Source: Mobula hypostoma (lineage: Eukaryota). Taken from it: a stretch of DNA of 64,000 nt. This document shows, piece after piece, positions 24,741-37,915 of the stretch. Every line of letters starts with the position of its first letter. Position 1 is the stretch's first letter. The notes under the pieces are model-generated. The model was not told the DNA's origin. It worked only from the letters and a program-made list of their open reading frames with translations, and did no database searches. Location: positions 4,092,001-4,156,000 of the forward strand of contig NC_086108.1 of the NCBI RefSeq assembly GCF_963921235.1, given 5' to 3'. Made by a program: the position numbers and the translations under genes.

Positions 24741-25215
24741 CACTCAGTGGCCACTTTATTAGTTACACCTGTACAACTGGTTGTTAATGCAAGTATCTAA
24801 TCAGCCAATCATGTAGCAGAACTCAATACAATAAAAGTATACAGACATGGTCACCAGGTTCAGTTGTTGTTCAGACCAAACTTCAGAATGGGGGAAGAAA
24901 AGTGATGAGTGACTTTGACCATGGTGCCAGACAGGGTGGTTTGAGTATCTCAGAGTCTGCTGATCTAGGGTCTTCACGCACAACGGTCTGTAGAGTTTAC
25001 AGAGAATGGTGCGGAAAAACAAAAATAATCCAGCGAGCAGCAGTTCTGTGGGTGAAAATGCCTGGTTACTGAGAGAGGTCAGACTGGTTGAAGCTGACGG
25101 GAGGGGGACAGTAGGTGTGCAGAAAGCATCTCTAGACACACAACACGTCGATCCTCGAAGTGGATGGGTTACAGCAGCTGAAGTCATGAACACACACTCA
25201 GTGGCTATTTTTTTA
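24741..25215 (+). mobile_element. Tc1-derived non-autonomous element
   Basis: TA-cactcagtggccactttattag TIR; homologous to 41708-42235. Confidence 0.7.
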
Positions 25216-26465
25216 GTAGCCAGAGTGTTTACACATTTTTACTAATAAATTTATTTTGTACCTTTTACGTTCCTGTGGCATTTGGTGTGTGTGTGTTACC
25301 CGGACGCCCTCAGACATGCAGTGCAGAATCGAGTCGTTGACCGAATCCCTATTTCAAGGACGGGACTAAACCAGCTTGCTCGGTGGGGTCAGGAGGCTCC
25401 CTGACCTGAAACCATCTGAAACAGTGGGTGTCTCAAGCAGTTTGCAATGACCTCTCTGCAGATCTGCCGTGCCTGCAGAACTGTCGGCTCCCCAGACTCT
25501 GGTACGCCTGCTGTGCATTGTCTTGCATCTGCTGAGGCAGGCAGGCTGTGCACACGCAAATGCACACAATCCACTGAGCTGGCAAGTGTGAGTCACGAGC
25601 CTAGTGTCACCCAGGGATGGCTCTGCTTATGGAGTCCTCTTCTGCACCGCTGTCCCTCTGTAATGACGGCATTCCAATGTCCGTGAACTGTTGCATCTTC
25701 TGCGTTTCTGTTGAAAGCGCTGAGACAGGACAAACCCACTGCACCCTGTCATTGTCCCACAGCAACGCCCGCAGGAGCTGGAGGAACTCGCTGGGTCAGG
25801 CACTGTCCACGGAGCTGATGCTTTGGGTCAAGGCCCGTCATCAAGACTGGAGCACAAAGGGGACAGAAGCCAGAACATGGGTGGGGGTCATCTTCAATTC
25901 TCCATTTTGGCCTCTTATCTCTACTCCTCACCTGCCTGTCACCTCCCCCTTGCTCCCCTCCTTCCTCTTCTCACATGGTCCACTCTCCTCTCCTGTCAGC
26001 TCCCTTCCTCTCCTCTCCAGCCCTTTACCTTTTCCACCCACCCGGCTTCTCACTTCACTCCCCCCTCCTCCACCCACCCACTTGCCCCCTCACCTACCCC
26101 CTGCCAGCTTCTACTCCTTCCCCTAGCCCCACCACCTTATTCGAGCTTCTGCCTCCTTCCTTTCCAGTCCCGATGAAACTTCAACTATTTATTCCCCTCT
26201 GTAGGTACTACCTGACCGGTAGAGTTTTCTTTTGTGTGTGAGTCGCTCTGAACTTCCCACATCTGCAGAACCAGTGGTTTGAGAGGCAATGTGGCTTTTG
26301 TTATTGATGAAGTCATTGAAGTATGAAAGTAGAGGGATATTAATCTGTTACTGGATAACGTTTCAAATCCCACACACAGCTATTGTTTTTTTTTGCACGG
26401 TGACAGGCCCAGTCAGCCAGTGAGACTGTGTGACCCAGCTACACCTTTGTGACCAATCACCCATA

Positions 26466-26700
26466 GGCACGGTAGCATAGTGGTGCAACGCTCTACAGTG
26501 CCAGCGATCCGGGTTCGATTCCCGCCACTGCCTGTAAGGAGTTTGTACGTTCGCCCCTTAAGTGCTCGACTTTCTTCCAGATGCTCCGGTTTCCTCCCAC
26601 AGTCCAAAGCTGTACAAGTCAGCAGGTTAATTGGCCATGTGGCTGGAATTGGAGGGGAGGTCCTGTTACCGTGCTGTGTCTCTACGTATAATATCAAGTA
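26466..26700 (+). mobile_element. V-SINE/HE1-like SINE (family A)
   Basis: ggcacggtagcatagtgg A box, gggttcgattccc B box, gctccggtttcctcccacagtccaaag V-domain-like core. Confidence 0.8.
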
Positions 26701-27744
26701 AATGAACCTACCACCCCGAATGTTTTTGGAACCCATATTGAGGGAGGCTGTATTGAATGCCTCGTGGGTCAGTTTCACGGCTGGTGCACTCACTGTCTGC
26801 CCTGAGGATTGGTCGTGACCCCACCCCCCGCCCCCTGAGTCAGCAGATTCTGAAGTCGGATGTTCGAAGGGGCAGGAGGAAAGAGTTTCGATGCCCCGTC
26901 CCAGTATATGTGAATTGGCGAAACCGGTGTTGGGGCCCAGCGTTTGGTGATTGGCCTCAGGCCGATGAACCGAAGTTGAGGCCTGATGGTTCAAGCCCTT
27001 GTCAGCAAATATCTGTGAGCCCACCAGGGAAGTTGGCACATCCAGGAGTCTGCTGGAGGCCAAAGACAGCCTGTCCTGGGTGTGTGCATGAGAGGGAGGA
27101 CCAGGGCTTGTTTTGTTGCTGGTTGTGTTCTGCGTTCTATTGACCATCGTGGCGACACTTGAGGTCTGCTCCCCAGTGCATCCTTACCTGTTGGTCGCTA
27201 ATACAAACGACACATTTCACTGGCACAAGTGAAAAACAACTCTGAATCTTGAAAGAGTCTTGTGACCAATACACTGTGTGTCTCCTCTCAGATTTGTTGC
27301 TTTTGACCCTAACGTTGGCTATTTGCTCAGTCCCGTCAAGCTGACATCCTGCCGTTAATTGGCTCCAGGTACGGTGCATCGCAGTGGGAACCTTGTCTGT
27401 GCAGCAGTGACGGAGTGGGGCTTTCCTTTCCCCTACCACCTCCACTCTCCCCTTCGTGTGCACTTGTATGTATAGATTTTGTGTTTCTTTTTAAACCGAG
27501 TCACTTCACTCAGCAATGAGCTGGGCTCCGTTCCCAGAACTGACTACTAAGCCATGTCCATTATCTTCTGGCTGTGGCTGGTTCGAGTTTAAAAGAGGAA
27601 ACTTGCTCTTGGAGCTTTATTGAAAATAGATAACAATAGAGGCCAGCAAATCTAGGAGTTGTTCCCCTAACACAGACTCTGCAGATGCCAGAAATCCGGA
27701 GCAACACACCGCCATCATTCTGAGGCGAGTTGTATAATATCATC

Positions 27745-28115
27745 ATTCTGTGACACGGGCGATCGTGGTCTTTCCATGACCATGAATATTCTTGGCAAAT
27801 TTTTCTACAGAAGTGGTTTGCCATTGCCTTCCTCTGGGTAGTGTCTTCACAAGACTGGTGACCCCGGCCATTATCAATACTCTTCAGAGATTGTCTGTCC
27901 GGTGTCAGTGGTCACATAACCAGGACGTAATTTGCACCGGCTGTTCGTACGACCATCCACCACCTGCTCCCGTGGCTTCACGTGACCGAGGTGGGGGTGG
28001 GGGGTGGAGGGGTTGCTAAACAGGTGCTACTCCTTACCCAAGGGTGACCCACAGACCAGCAGAGCAAAAGAATGCCTTGCACCTCCTTTGGTAATGACAC
28101 ATCTCCACCCCGCCA
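27745..28115 (-). mobile_element. RTE-related SINE (family B)
   Basis: Reverse complement of the family B sequence. Confidence 0.75.
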
Positions 28116-28394
28116 ACCAAAGCAACACACACAAAATGCTGGAGGAACTCAGCAGGTCAGGCAGCATCTGTGGAGGGGAATAAATGGTTGGCTTTTCAGG
28201 CTGAGACCCTTCATCGGGACTGGAAGGGAAGGGGGAAGAAGCCGGGATAAGGTTGGGGGTGGGCAAGAGGGGAAGGAGCACAGGCTGGCAGGAGATTGTT
28301 TTCTGAATGGTGCGAGTTAGAGATTTGTGAAGGAGCCCTAAGGAAGGGTGGTTGGCATTCAGACAAAACTCCAATCTAAACGGAAGTCCCAGAT

Positions 28395-29050
28395 ATAAGG
28401 CAGTTGTTGCAACACCTGCACATTCACCTTTGCCCTCACCTCCATTCAGGGCCTCAAACAGTCCTTCCGGGTGAGGCAACACTCCGCCCGCGAGTCTGTG
28501 AGCAGTACGGCCTCCTGTACGTTGGTGAGGCCTGTCAGAAATTGGGGGACCACTTCGAGCACCTCCGTTTTACCCGCCAAAACCGGGACTTCCCGGTGGA
28601 GAAACACCTCAGATCCCATTCCCGTTCTGACATGTTGGTCCATGGCCTCTCGTGCCACAATGAGGCCCCCGTCGGGGTGGAAGAGCAACATCTTGTATTC
28701 CACATGGGTAGGCTCCAACCTGATGGTATGAAAATTGATTTCCTCCCTTCCCCCCCCCCACCCACCTTTATTCCCCATTCTTGTCCTTTTACCTCATCTC
28801 ACCTGCCTATCACCTCTGCCTGGGTCCCCTCCTCCTTCCTTTTCTCCCATGGTCCACTCCTCTCCTATCAGATTCCTGCTTCACCTTTCCTACCCTCCTG
28901 GCTTCACCCATTACCTTCCGGCCAGCCTCCCTCCTTCCTCCTATTCTGGCTCTTCCGGCTTCCTTCTCAGTTTCGAAGAAGGGTCACGCCCCATAATGTC
29001 GACTGTTTACTCACGTCCGTAGATGCAGCTCCTCCTGCGTTTTGCGTGCA
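28395..29050 (+). mobile_element. Penelope-like element 3' part (GIY-YIG endonuclease remnant plus pLTR), preceded by an inverted pLTR at 28122-28292
   Basis: YGLLYVGEACQKLGDHFEHLR...FPVEKHL.SHS.SDMLVHGL in ORF 28404-29093. Confidence 0.8.
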
Positions 29051-29361
29051 TTCTTTCATTGCAGTCTGTGTGACTCTGAAGGTAGCAGGTTAAACAGCAA
29101 CATTGAAAAGTTAAAGAATAGCTTTATTTGTCACGAGCACATCGAGGCAGGCATTGAAATGCATCAGTTGTGTAGGGGGTGAGCTGGGGGCAGACTGCAG
29201 GTGTCGACACACTCCCGGTGGCAATGTAGTGTGCCCTCAGCTCACTCACTCACTCCATAATAAGTCTTTGGACTGTGGGAGGAGAGCAGATCACCTGGAG
29301 GAAACATATGTGGTTACAGGGGAGAACGTACAAACTCCTTACACACAGCAGTGTGAGTTGT

Positions 29362-30250
29362 AGGTGGCACATTGGCCTTCGTAAGTCAAAGTACTGAGTT
29401 CAGGCGTTGGGATGTTATGTTGAAGTTGCATAAGACATTGGTGAGGCCTCATTTGGAGTACTGTGTGCAGTTTTGGTCACCTACCTACAAGGAAAGATGT
29501 GAATAAGGATGAAAGAGTACGGAGAAAACTTACAAGGATATTGCTAGGTCTGGAGGCCCTGAGTTTTAAAGAAAGATTAAATAGATTAGGACTTTATTCC
29601 TTGGAATGTAGAACTAGACAGAGCAACGGGGCACAGCAGTACATTCAGCCAGAGACTCATTCCACCGAGATGCAACACTGAGCGTCATAGGAAGTCATTC
29701 CTGCCTGTGGCCATCAAACTTTACAACTCCTCCCTTGGAGGGTCAGACACCCTGAGCCGATAGGCTGGTCCTGGACTTATTTCATAAATTACTGGCATAA
29801 TTTACATATTACTATTTAACTATTTATGGTTCTATTACTATTTATTATTTATGGTGCAACTGTAACAAAAACCAATTTCCCCCGGACTATGACTATGACT
29901 AGAAGATTGAGGAGATTTAATAGATGTGTACAAAATTGAGGGGTATAGATAGGGTAAATACAAGCAGGCTTTTTCCACAGAGTTGGGTGGGATTACAACC
30001 AGAGGTCATGGTTTAAGGGTGAAAGGTGAAAAGTTTAAGGGGAGCATGAGGGGAAACTTCTTCACTCAGAGAGTGGTGAGAGAATGGAATGAGTTGTCAG
30101 CACAAGTGGTGTATGTGAGCTCAATTTCAATGCTTTAGAGAAGTTTGGATAGGTATACAGAATGGAGATGTATGGAGGGCTATGGTCCTGGTGCAGATCG
30201 ATGGGAGTAGACAAGGTTAAATAGTTCAGCATGGACTAGATGGGTTGAAG
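29362..30250 (+). mobile_element. CR1 LINE 3' fragment interrupted by a Rex1-like tail (29612-29900)
   Basis: LVRPHLEYCVQFWSP...ERLNRLGLYSLE; TRGHGLRVKGEKF; the insert matches the 3' end of 33020-34065 with (GACTAT)n tail. Confidence 0.85.
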
Positions 30251-30779
30251 AGCTTGAAACAGGCCCTTCAGCCCATCTGGTTCATGCTGTACTTTGATTA
30301 TGACTCAAGTGGGAGAGACCTGCGCGTGAGTTTAATGGGGAGAAGTTTCTGGTGATGAAAGAAAGGGGTTTTGCATTTAATAGAATTGCTGTTCCGAAGG
30401 GTTAGCACAGTCATAAGGGGCTGAATAGCTGGCTCTGACAAAGGCTGAACGGTTTTTCTACAATGCCTTTCTCTGCTCAGAATGCCCTTCGCAGGCAATA
30501 ACACACTTTCTGAAATGTGTTCCCTAATTATATGTAGGGAGGACCATCAGCTACTTTTGGCTCGAATGCAGAGTTGGCAGAATATGTGCAAACTCTGCAG
30601 ATGTGGATTCTTGTTCCAGCTGCAAATGAAATCATCACAGTCTGTAATAGATGTGAGTTGGCAGGTGTCATTTCTGAAGATCGTCACCTTGTCGTGGTGG
30701 AGAGGCTTCTGAGTTCCTGAGACCCCGAGAGTGATGCTGTCCAGAATTTAGCTCCTGGTTGGGTATCCCCCCACCAACC

Positions 30780-30960
30780 CCCTGGTGGTGTAGTGGCATC
30801 TGCACTGGACACCAAGACGAGTGGTCCCAGGTTCAAATCTGGCCAGCTCCTTGCATGCTTTCCATCCATGCTGGGTTGAGCGCAGAGCTAGCAACTCGGC
30901 CTTCTTTTTAAAAAAACAGACAAAAGTGCTAAAAGAAATGGCAAGGTGGCTGCTCGATGC
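30780..30960 (+). mobile_element. tRNA-headed SINE (family E), nested in an RTE-derived repeat
   Basis: tggtgtagtgg A box, ggttcaaatc B box; second copy at 48425-48620. Confidence 0.6.
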
Positions 30961-31574
30961 ATGGAGAGGAGCAGCAACAAGGGCCGCCAATGGCGGGGAG
31001 GTCAGGGGGGAGGGTCCAGGCAAAGAACAATCCAACCAAGACCTCAGCGATGGAGCTGGCAAGAGATGATGACACATCCCAACGGCAGTGAAGGTGGAGG
31101 AAGGCTGAGGCAGTGGAGGGTCCCCAGTCGTCGTGTGTTCCATACCACTGGACCCTGACCCTGACCCCCATCTGTCAAGGACCGAGTGGGCCTCCCCATG
31201 TTAAACAAAGTCACACACAGGCATTCTTCATTAGGGGAATCCACCTTAACATCCCGGACGGTCCTCTTCAGCCACCTGAGAACCCACCAGTAGACAGTCC
31301 CTTAGGAAAACGCCATGCTCGATTTGAGAGATCACACTGTCACTGCTAATAATTCATTATATTCTCAGTATCAAGTAATATGTTGAACTAAGTTAATTGT
31401 GGTGGAAATATGCTCACAAGTTTGGTCAGTCCCTGTTCTTTTTCCACATTTAAGTTCAAACTAAATCTTCCCTCAATCTTCTACGTTCCAAGGGATAAAG
31501 TCCTAACCTATTTAACCTTTCCTTATAAATCCACACCAAATTGGCTGTTTGGACTCTGAGCTGCCTACGCACAG

Positions 31575-32118
31575 ACAGAGGGTGGTGGTTGAAGTGATTG
31601 AAGGGACTTAATCAAGCTGAAGTCTGTAATTAGTGGAGTTCCGCAGGGATCTGTGCTGGGACTTCTGCTGTGTGTAATGTGTATAAATACCCTGGATGGA
31701 AATGTTGATGTGTGGGTTGGTAAATTTGTGGATGATACCAAGGTTGGTAAGGTGTAGAAAACTGACAAAGAATACAGCACAATGCAGATCAGTTGCGGAT
31801 ATGGGCTGAGACATGACAGACGGAGTTTAATCCGGATAAATGTGAGGTGTTGCACCTCCGTAGGGCAAATGCAAGGAGACAGCACTCTGTTAAGAACAAC
31901 ATCCTTAATAAGGTCCTTGCTGAGCAGAGAGATCTTGGGATCCAAGTTCATAGCTTGGTTCAGAAAGTTTATGGAATGCTTTTATTGGTGGAAACATTGA
32001 GTTCAAAAGTCAGGAGTTATGTTGTAACTTTATAAAACTCTGCTTAGGCCACGTCTGGAGTGTTGTATACAGTTCTGGTCACCCCATTATAGGAAGGATG
32101 TTGAGGCTTTTCAGAGGT
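31575..32118 (+). mobile_element. Degenerate CR1 RT fragment
   Basis: SGVPQGSVLG, KFVDDTK and LYKTLLRPRLECCIQFWSP remnants. Confidence 0.8.
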
Positions 32119-33019
32119 TAACCCCACTGGTCAAGAGCCTGATGGTTGAGGGTTAATTGTTCCTGAACCTGGTGGTGTGAGTCCTGAGGCTCCTGTACCT
32201 TCTACCTGATGGCAGCAGACGTGTTGGATTTCTAAGCAAGCATTTCCTGTTGAATTGTTCCAAAGTCAGTGATCATGCTGCAATTTCTAATGTCAACGGT
32301 CACACTGTAATTCCAGCCTCCGTCCACTGGTTGGCTTTGCAGAAGTTCCAAACCAGCATCCTCCATTTGCCTGACTAATTCAATCACTGTTGTGCGTAAC
32401 GCCGCCGGGAGCTGTACCCTGTGTTTAATATTTATAACTATGCATATGGAAGTTAATGAAAATTAATTGTACTTGACACACAAAAATCAGCTGGGTTCTT
32501 TGAAATCATCCATTGGGTGATGTAGCTGTATTAAACTAATTGAATTGCTTGGTCTGGAGAGGCCAGATGGTAGCATACTCCTCCATCACAGGTCTGACAT
32601 TTAACGTTAATCAGCAAACAGATTATTGACTCTGTTATAGAAGGTCCTGCAGACAGATGTGTTCTCAGGTGGATGAACTTTGATTTGTAAACCACTGACC
32701 CACCTTCCTTGGGTTCAGCCATGGCACTGACCATGAATCCAGTCTCACAGGCTGCCTCTTGAAGATGTCTTGGGGCAGCACAGTGTAGTGGTTAGCACAA
32801 TGCTTTACGGTACAGGCAACTCCGGTTCGATTCCCGCAGCTGCCTGTAAAGTGTTTGTACGCTCTCCCCGTGACCGCGTAGGTTTCCTCCAGGTACTCTG
32901 CTTTCCTCCCACAGTCCAAGAACATGCTGGTTGGTCATTGTAAATTGTCTGGTGATGAGGCTAGGGTTAAACTGGGTGATAGCTGGTCAGTGAGCCACAA
33001 AGAGCCTATTTTGCACTAT

Positions 33020-34065
33020 ATAGTCATAGTCATACTTTATTGATCCCGGGGAAAATTGGTTTTTGTTACAGTTGCACCATAAACAATAATAATAAAACCT
33101 TAATTTACGTATTACTATTTAACTATTTATGCCAGGAAATAAGTCCAGGACCAGCCTATTGGCTCAGGGTGTCTGACCCTCCAAGGGAGGAGTTGTAAAG
33201 TTTGATGGCCACAGGCAGGAATGACTTCCTATGACGCTCTGTGTTGCATCTCGGTGGAATGAGTCTCTGGCTGAATGTACTCCTGTGCCCACCCAGTACA
33301 TTATGTAGTGGATGGGAGACATTGTCCAAGATGGCATGCAACTTGGACACCATCCTCTTTTCAGATACCACCGTCAGAGAGTCCAGTTCCATCCCCACAA
33401 CATCACTGGCCTTACGAATGAGTTTGTTGATTCTGTTGGTGTCTGCTACCCTCAGCCTGCTGCCCCAGCACACAACAGCAAACATGATAGCACTGGCCAC
33501 CACAGACTCGTAGAACATCCTCAGCATCATCCGGCAGATGTTAAAGGACCTCAGTCTCCTCAGGAAATAGAGACGGCTCTGACCCTTCTTGTAGACAGCC
33601 TCAGTGTTCTTTGACCAGTCCAGTTTATTGTCAATTTGTATCCCCAGGTATTTGTAATCCTCCACCATGTCCACACTGACCCCCTGGATGGAAACAGGGG
33701 TCACCGGTACCTTAGCTCTCCTCAGGTCTACCACCAGCTCCTTAGTCTTTTTCACATTAAACTGCAGATAATTCTGCTCACACCATGTGACAAAGTTTCC
33801 TACTGTAGCCCTGTACTCAGCCTCATCTCCCTTGCTGATGCATCCAACTATGGCAGAGTCATCCGAAAACTTCTGAAGATGACAAGACTCTGTGCAGTAG
33901 TTGAAATCCGAGGTGTAAGTGGTGAAGAATAAGGGAGACAAGACAGTCCCCTGTGGAGCCCCAGTGCTGCTGACCACTCTGTCGGACACAGAGTGTTGCA
34001 AGCACACGTACTGTGGTCTGCCAGTCAGGTAATCAAGAATCCATGACACCAGGAAAGCATCCACA
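33020..34065 (-). mobile_element. Young 5'-truncated Rex1/Babar-like LINE with open RT C-terminal ORF (33156-34064)
   Basis: 302 codons without a stop: WILDYLTGRPQYV...TGAPQGTVLSP...LQKFSDDSA...RLYFLRRLRSF; (GACTAT)n tail. Confidence 0.9.
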
Positions 34066-37000
34066 TTTGTAGTGTTTGACGTACCGAATCTCTGAGATGG
34101 ACTGTAGACCAGGAATCCGGAATGATTTTCCTCATTGGGAAACCAATCACAATTTACCAGATTGTGGTAGGGCCCATTAAAGATGATAAAGGTCTGCTTT
34201 GTTTGTCACATGTACTTTGAAACAGACAGTGAAATGTCTCGTTTGAGTTGACGACCGACAGTCAGTCCGAGGATGTGCTGCGGGCAGCCCACACGTGTTG
34301 TCATCCTTGCGAAGCTAATGTAGCATGACAACAGTTCACCGTAAACACTTGGGACTGTGGGAGAAAACCAGAGCAATTGGAGGAAAGCCACGTGCAAACT
34401 CCAATTCCGGCTGCTGTCGGAAAGAAGCCCGATCAGTGATCACTCTCGCTGTAAAGCAAACCAGTCTGCTACTGTACTGCCCAATTGTACCAACACAGAT
34501 CCTTCATCTCTGGTGGTGTTCATCACGTCTGTAGCTTCCTCTCAGTTTTCACCACTGTCAGTCATGCGAGTCGCAGGTGGAGACTCAGGAATACCGTCAC
34601 ACTCGGATGTAGAAGGATTCTTCATTGTTGTTTATGTAACAGTTCTGTTTTACCAGTCGAGGTTGTTAGCCCCGAGATGAACCCGCACCTGGAAGATTGC
34701 TGGACCACTCAGTCTGACCTATGCCCTTTGACCTCTTTGGCATGGGTGACCCTGCCAAGAGCCAACATAGTTCTCTGGGTCATTGAGACATGCTAGCCTC
34801 CAAACCCACTGACAAGGTTGAGGTCTTCTTGGAGGTTCCTGATGCTTAAGATAGGCACCCGAGCAGTGAGTATAGTTTGTAGACCAGAGGATGTTGGTAG
34901 GCTATCCCGACTCCTAGATTAACAGGGAGTTAAGATTCAGAATCAGATTTATTATTACTAACGTGTGTTGTGAAATTTGTTATGTGCAACAGTGTGGTGC
35001 GATACTCCAAAAAATACTAAAATTAACAATAAAATTAAATTGTGCAAAAAGCAATCGTGGGGTCGTGTTTATTTGTAATTTGTTGTCTTTTGCACATTGG
35101 TTGTTTGTCAGTCTTTACTTGGGTATAGTTTCTTGGGCTATTCTATAGTATTTGTTTTCTTGTAAATGCCTGTAAGAAAACTTAGTCTCCAGGTAGTCCT
35201 TGGATAATGACATTAGTTCTTCCTTTTGAGAAGATCAATGGCTGCTCTGAAATCTGATGGCGGAGGGGAAGCAGCTGTTCCTAAAATGTTGAGTGCATTT
35301 TTGGGCTCTTGTACTTCGCCCTGATGATGGTAGCAGGAGGAAGAAGGCATGCCCTAGGTGGTGTAGGTCTTTGGAGGGAAGGCCCCCCCCCACCTCAATT
35401 GGAAGATCAGGGTCAGCACCTTTAAGTCCCTGCGTGTTACTGTTCCAGAGGGCCTGCCTCGGACCCAGCGTGGAAGTGCAATGGTACAGGAAGCATGGCA
35501 CTGTCTCTTCCTCCGCAGGAGTCTGCACAGAATTGGCACGGCCTCTAAAACTTTGACAAAATTCTATGCACATGTGGATGAGGGCATATCAGAGCCTGGT
35601 ATGGAAACACCAGTCCCTTTGAACAGAAAATCCTACAAAGTATTGGATACATCCAGTCCATCACAGGTCAAGCCTCCCCATCACTGAGCACATCTACACA
35701 AAGTGTTATTGCTTCCATCATCAGAACCCCAGGTTCAAGAACAGTTCCTACCCCTCAACCATCAGGCTCTTGAACAAAAGGGGATAACTCCACTGACTTG
35801 CCCCATCACTGAAATCTTCCCACGACCTATGATCTCAAATTAAGGACTCTTTATCTCATTATGTCATGTTCTCATTATTTATTGCTATTTACTTATATTT
35901 GCATTTGCACAGTTAGTTGTCCTCTGCACTCTGGTTGATCTTTCATTCATCCTGTTACAGTTACTATTCTATAGATTTGCTGAGTATGCCCGCAGGAAAA
36001 TGAATCTGAAGGTTGTATATGGTGACATACGTAGTTTGATAATAAAGTTTGCTTTACCGTATTGATGTCTCCTTCCTTGAGGCCACAGCCTCCTGAGAAT
36101 GTCCTCAGTGCTGGGGAGTGTAGTTGCCTGCAATGGAGCTGGCTGAGTTTACAACCCTCTGCAGCCTGTTGTGATCCTGTGCTTTGCAGCTTCCATACCA
36201 GGCAATGATGCTCTCCGCCGTGCATCTGTAGTCTTTGACATGCCAAATCTCCTCAAGCTTCTAATGAAGTATAGCCTTTGGCGTTACTACTTTGTGATTA
36301 CATCAAAGTGTTGCGCCATGGATATACCTCTGAGATTAGGAGTTGGATCGTGTTAAAGCAGCAGATTTCCATCACTGAACGTCTTTAATCAGCCCGCAGT
36401 CCAATAATTTTAGTCACTAAAACTACTTTCAAAAATTGTGGATTCAGATTCCCAGCTGATGTGTGGGTTTGAATACAAGAGCTTCTGCAGATGCTGGGAA
36501 TCCAGAGGGACACACAAAAATGCCCATGAGTCCTGAAGAAGGGACTCGGCCAGAAACGTCCACTGTTTATTCCCCTCCATAGATGCTGCCCGACCTGCTG
36601 AGTCTCTTCAGCATTTTGTGTGTATTTTAACTTCAAGTCCCAGGTTTACTGTCGTTCACTGTCCATACGAACACCTCCGAATAGCACAGTGTTCCTTTGG
36701 ACCAAGGTACATAGCACGCATGCACGTAAAGTAATATTACCACAAACAAATAATAAGATACATTGGTGACACAAGTTTAAAAAGTAAACAGTATAACGCT
36801 ACGTGAGACGTGGGTGGTGGCAGTGAGCGCAGTGGCCTCACAGTCTGAGGGAAGAACCTTCCTTTGAGCTAATGCTATGGCAGGGTGTTGGGTCAGAGTT
36901 TGGACGGATGGGAGGGGTCACTGACAATGCCAAGGGCCCTGCTCCTGATAAGTATCTCAGATGGGTGGAAGAAAGACCCCGATGATCCTCTCAGCTGTCT

Positions 37001-37584
37001 TCACAATCCTTTGTAGGGGTCTTGCAGTCAGACGCCTTGCCAGATGGCATTGCAGCTGGTCAGGATCCTGGAGTCCTGGTGTAAAAAAAAACTGGCTGCT
37101 AATCCTGCAGTCTGCCCACTGCGCTGTGTGCCCCTTGTGCACAGTAACCCGGAGCAACACAATAATCACATTCCGGTCCGTGGCGTTGGTGCGGTGATGA
37201 ACATTGGCCCCGGGATAGCAGGGAGAGTTCTGTGTTCGTTGTCCAAGTACCACGGAAGAGTCTTGTAAGAGAGCAGACAAGTCATCGACTGAAAGACAGC
37301 ATGTCTAATGGTGCCACGCTCCCCCCTAATTAGGGTTGTGTGTGATGTCTGTCTCCAACTGTTACAGCAGTCTATTTAGAACACGTGCAACTCAACTAAT
37401 TGTGTAACTGCAAGGCTGCAATATTAAACCTGTTATTACCTGGTTACCCACTGTTCACTTGTATGGATGCTGTGAATAACTAGTGATACAACTTGTATTC
37501 ACAAGCCAATTAAACCTAGTTTGTACTTCACTGTGCAAGTTCTGACCATGTTGGTGGAAGGAGTGTCATTGTAATCTTTTTATC

Positions 37585-37915
37585 ATTGTCGTTTCATGAG
37601 GGTAATCATGGTCTTTCCATGACCATGATTATTCTTGGCAAAGTGGTTTGCCATTGCCACTTTCTGGGCAGTGTCTTTACAAGATGGGTGAACCCAGCCA
37701 TTATCAATACTCTTCGCAGATTGTCTGTCAGTGGTCGAATAACCAGAACTTGTGATATGCATCAGCTGCCACCTTCCCCCATGGCTTCACATGCCCCTGA
37801 TTGGGGAGGGGGGGGCTTTACCTTGCCCCAGGGTGATCTGCAGACAGCTAGTGGAGGGAAGCAGCGTCTCACACTTCCTTTGGTAGAGACGTGTGTTCAC
37901 CCTGCCACCCACCAC
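37585..37915 (-). mobile_element. RTE-related SINE (family B)
   Basis: Reverse complement of the family B sequence. Confidence 0.7.

Noticed and set aside
33156..34064. 302-aa ORF as a host gene
   Set aside because: 5'-truncated LINE reverse transcriptase with a near-identical copy at 61 kb
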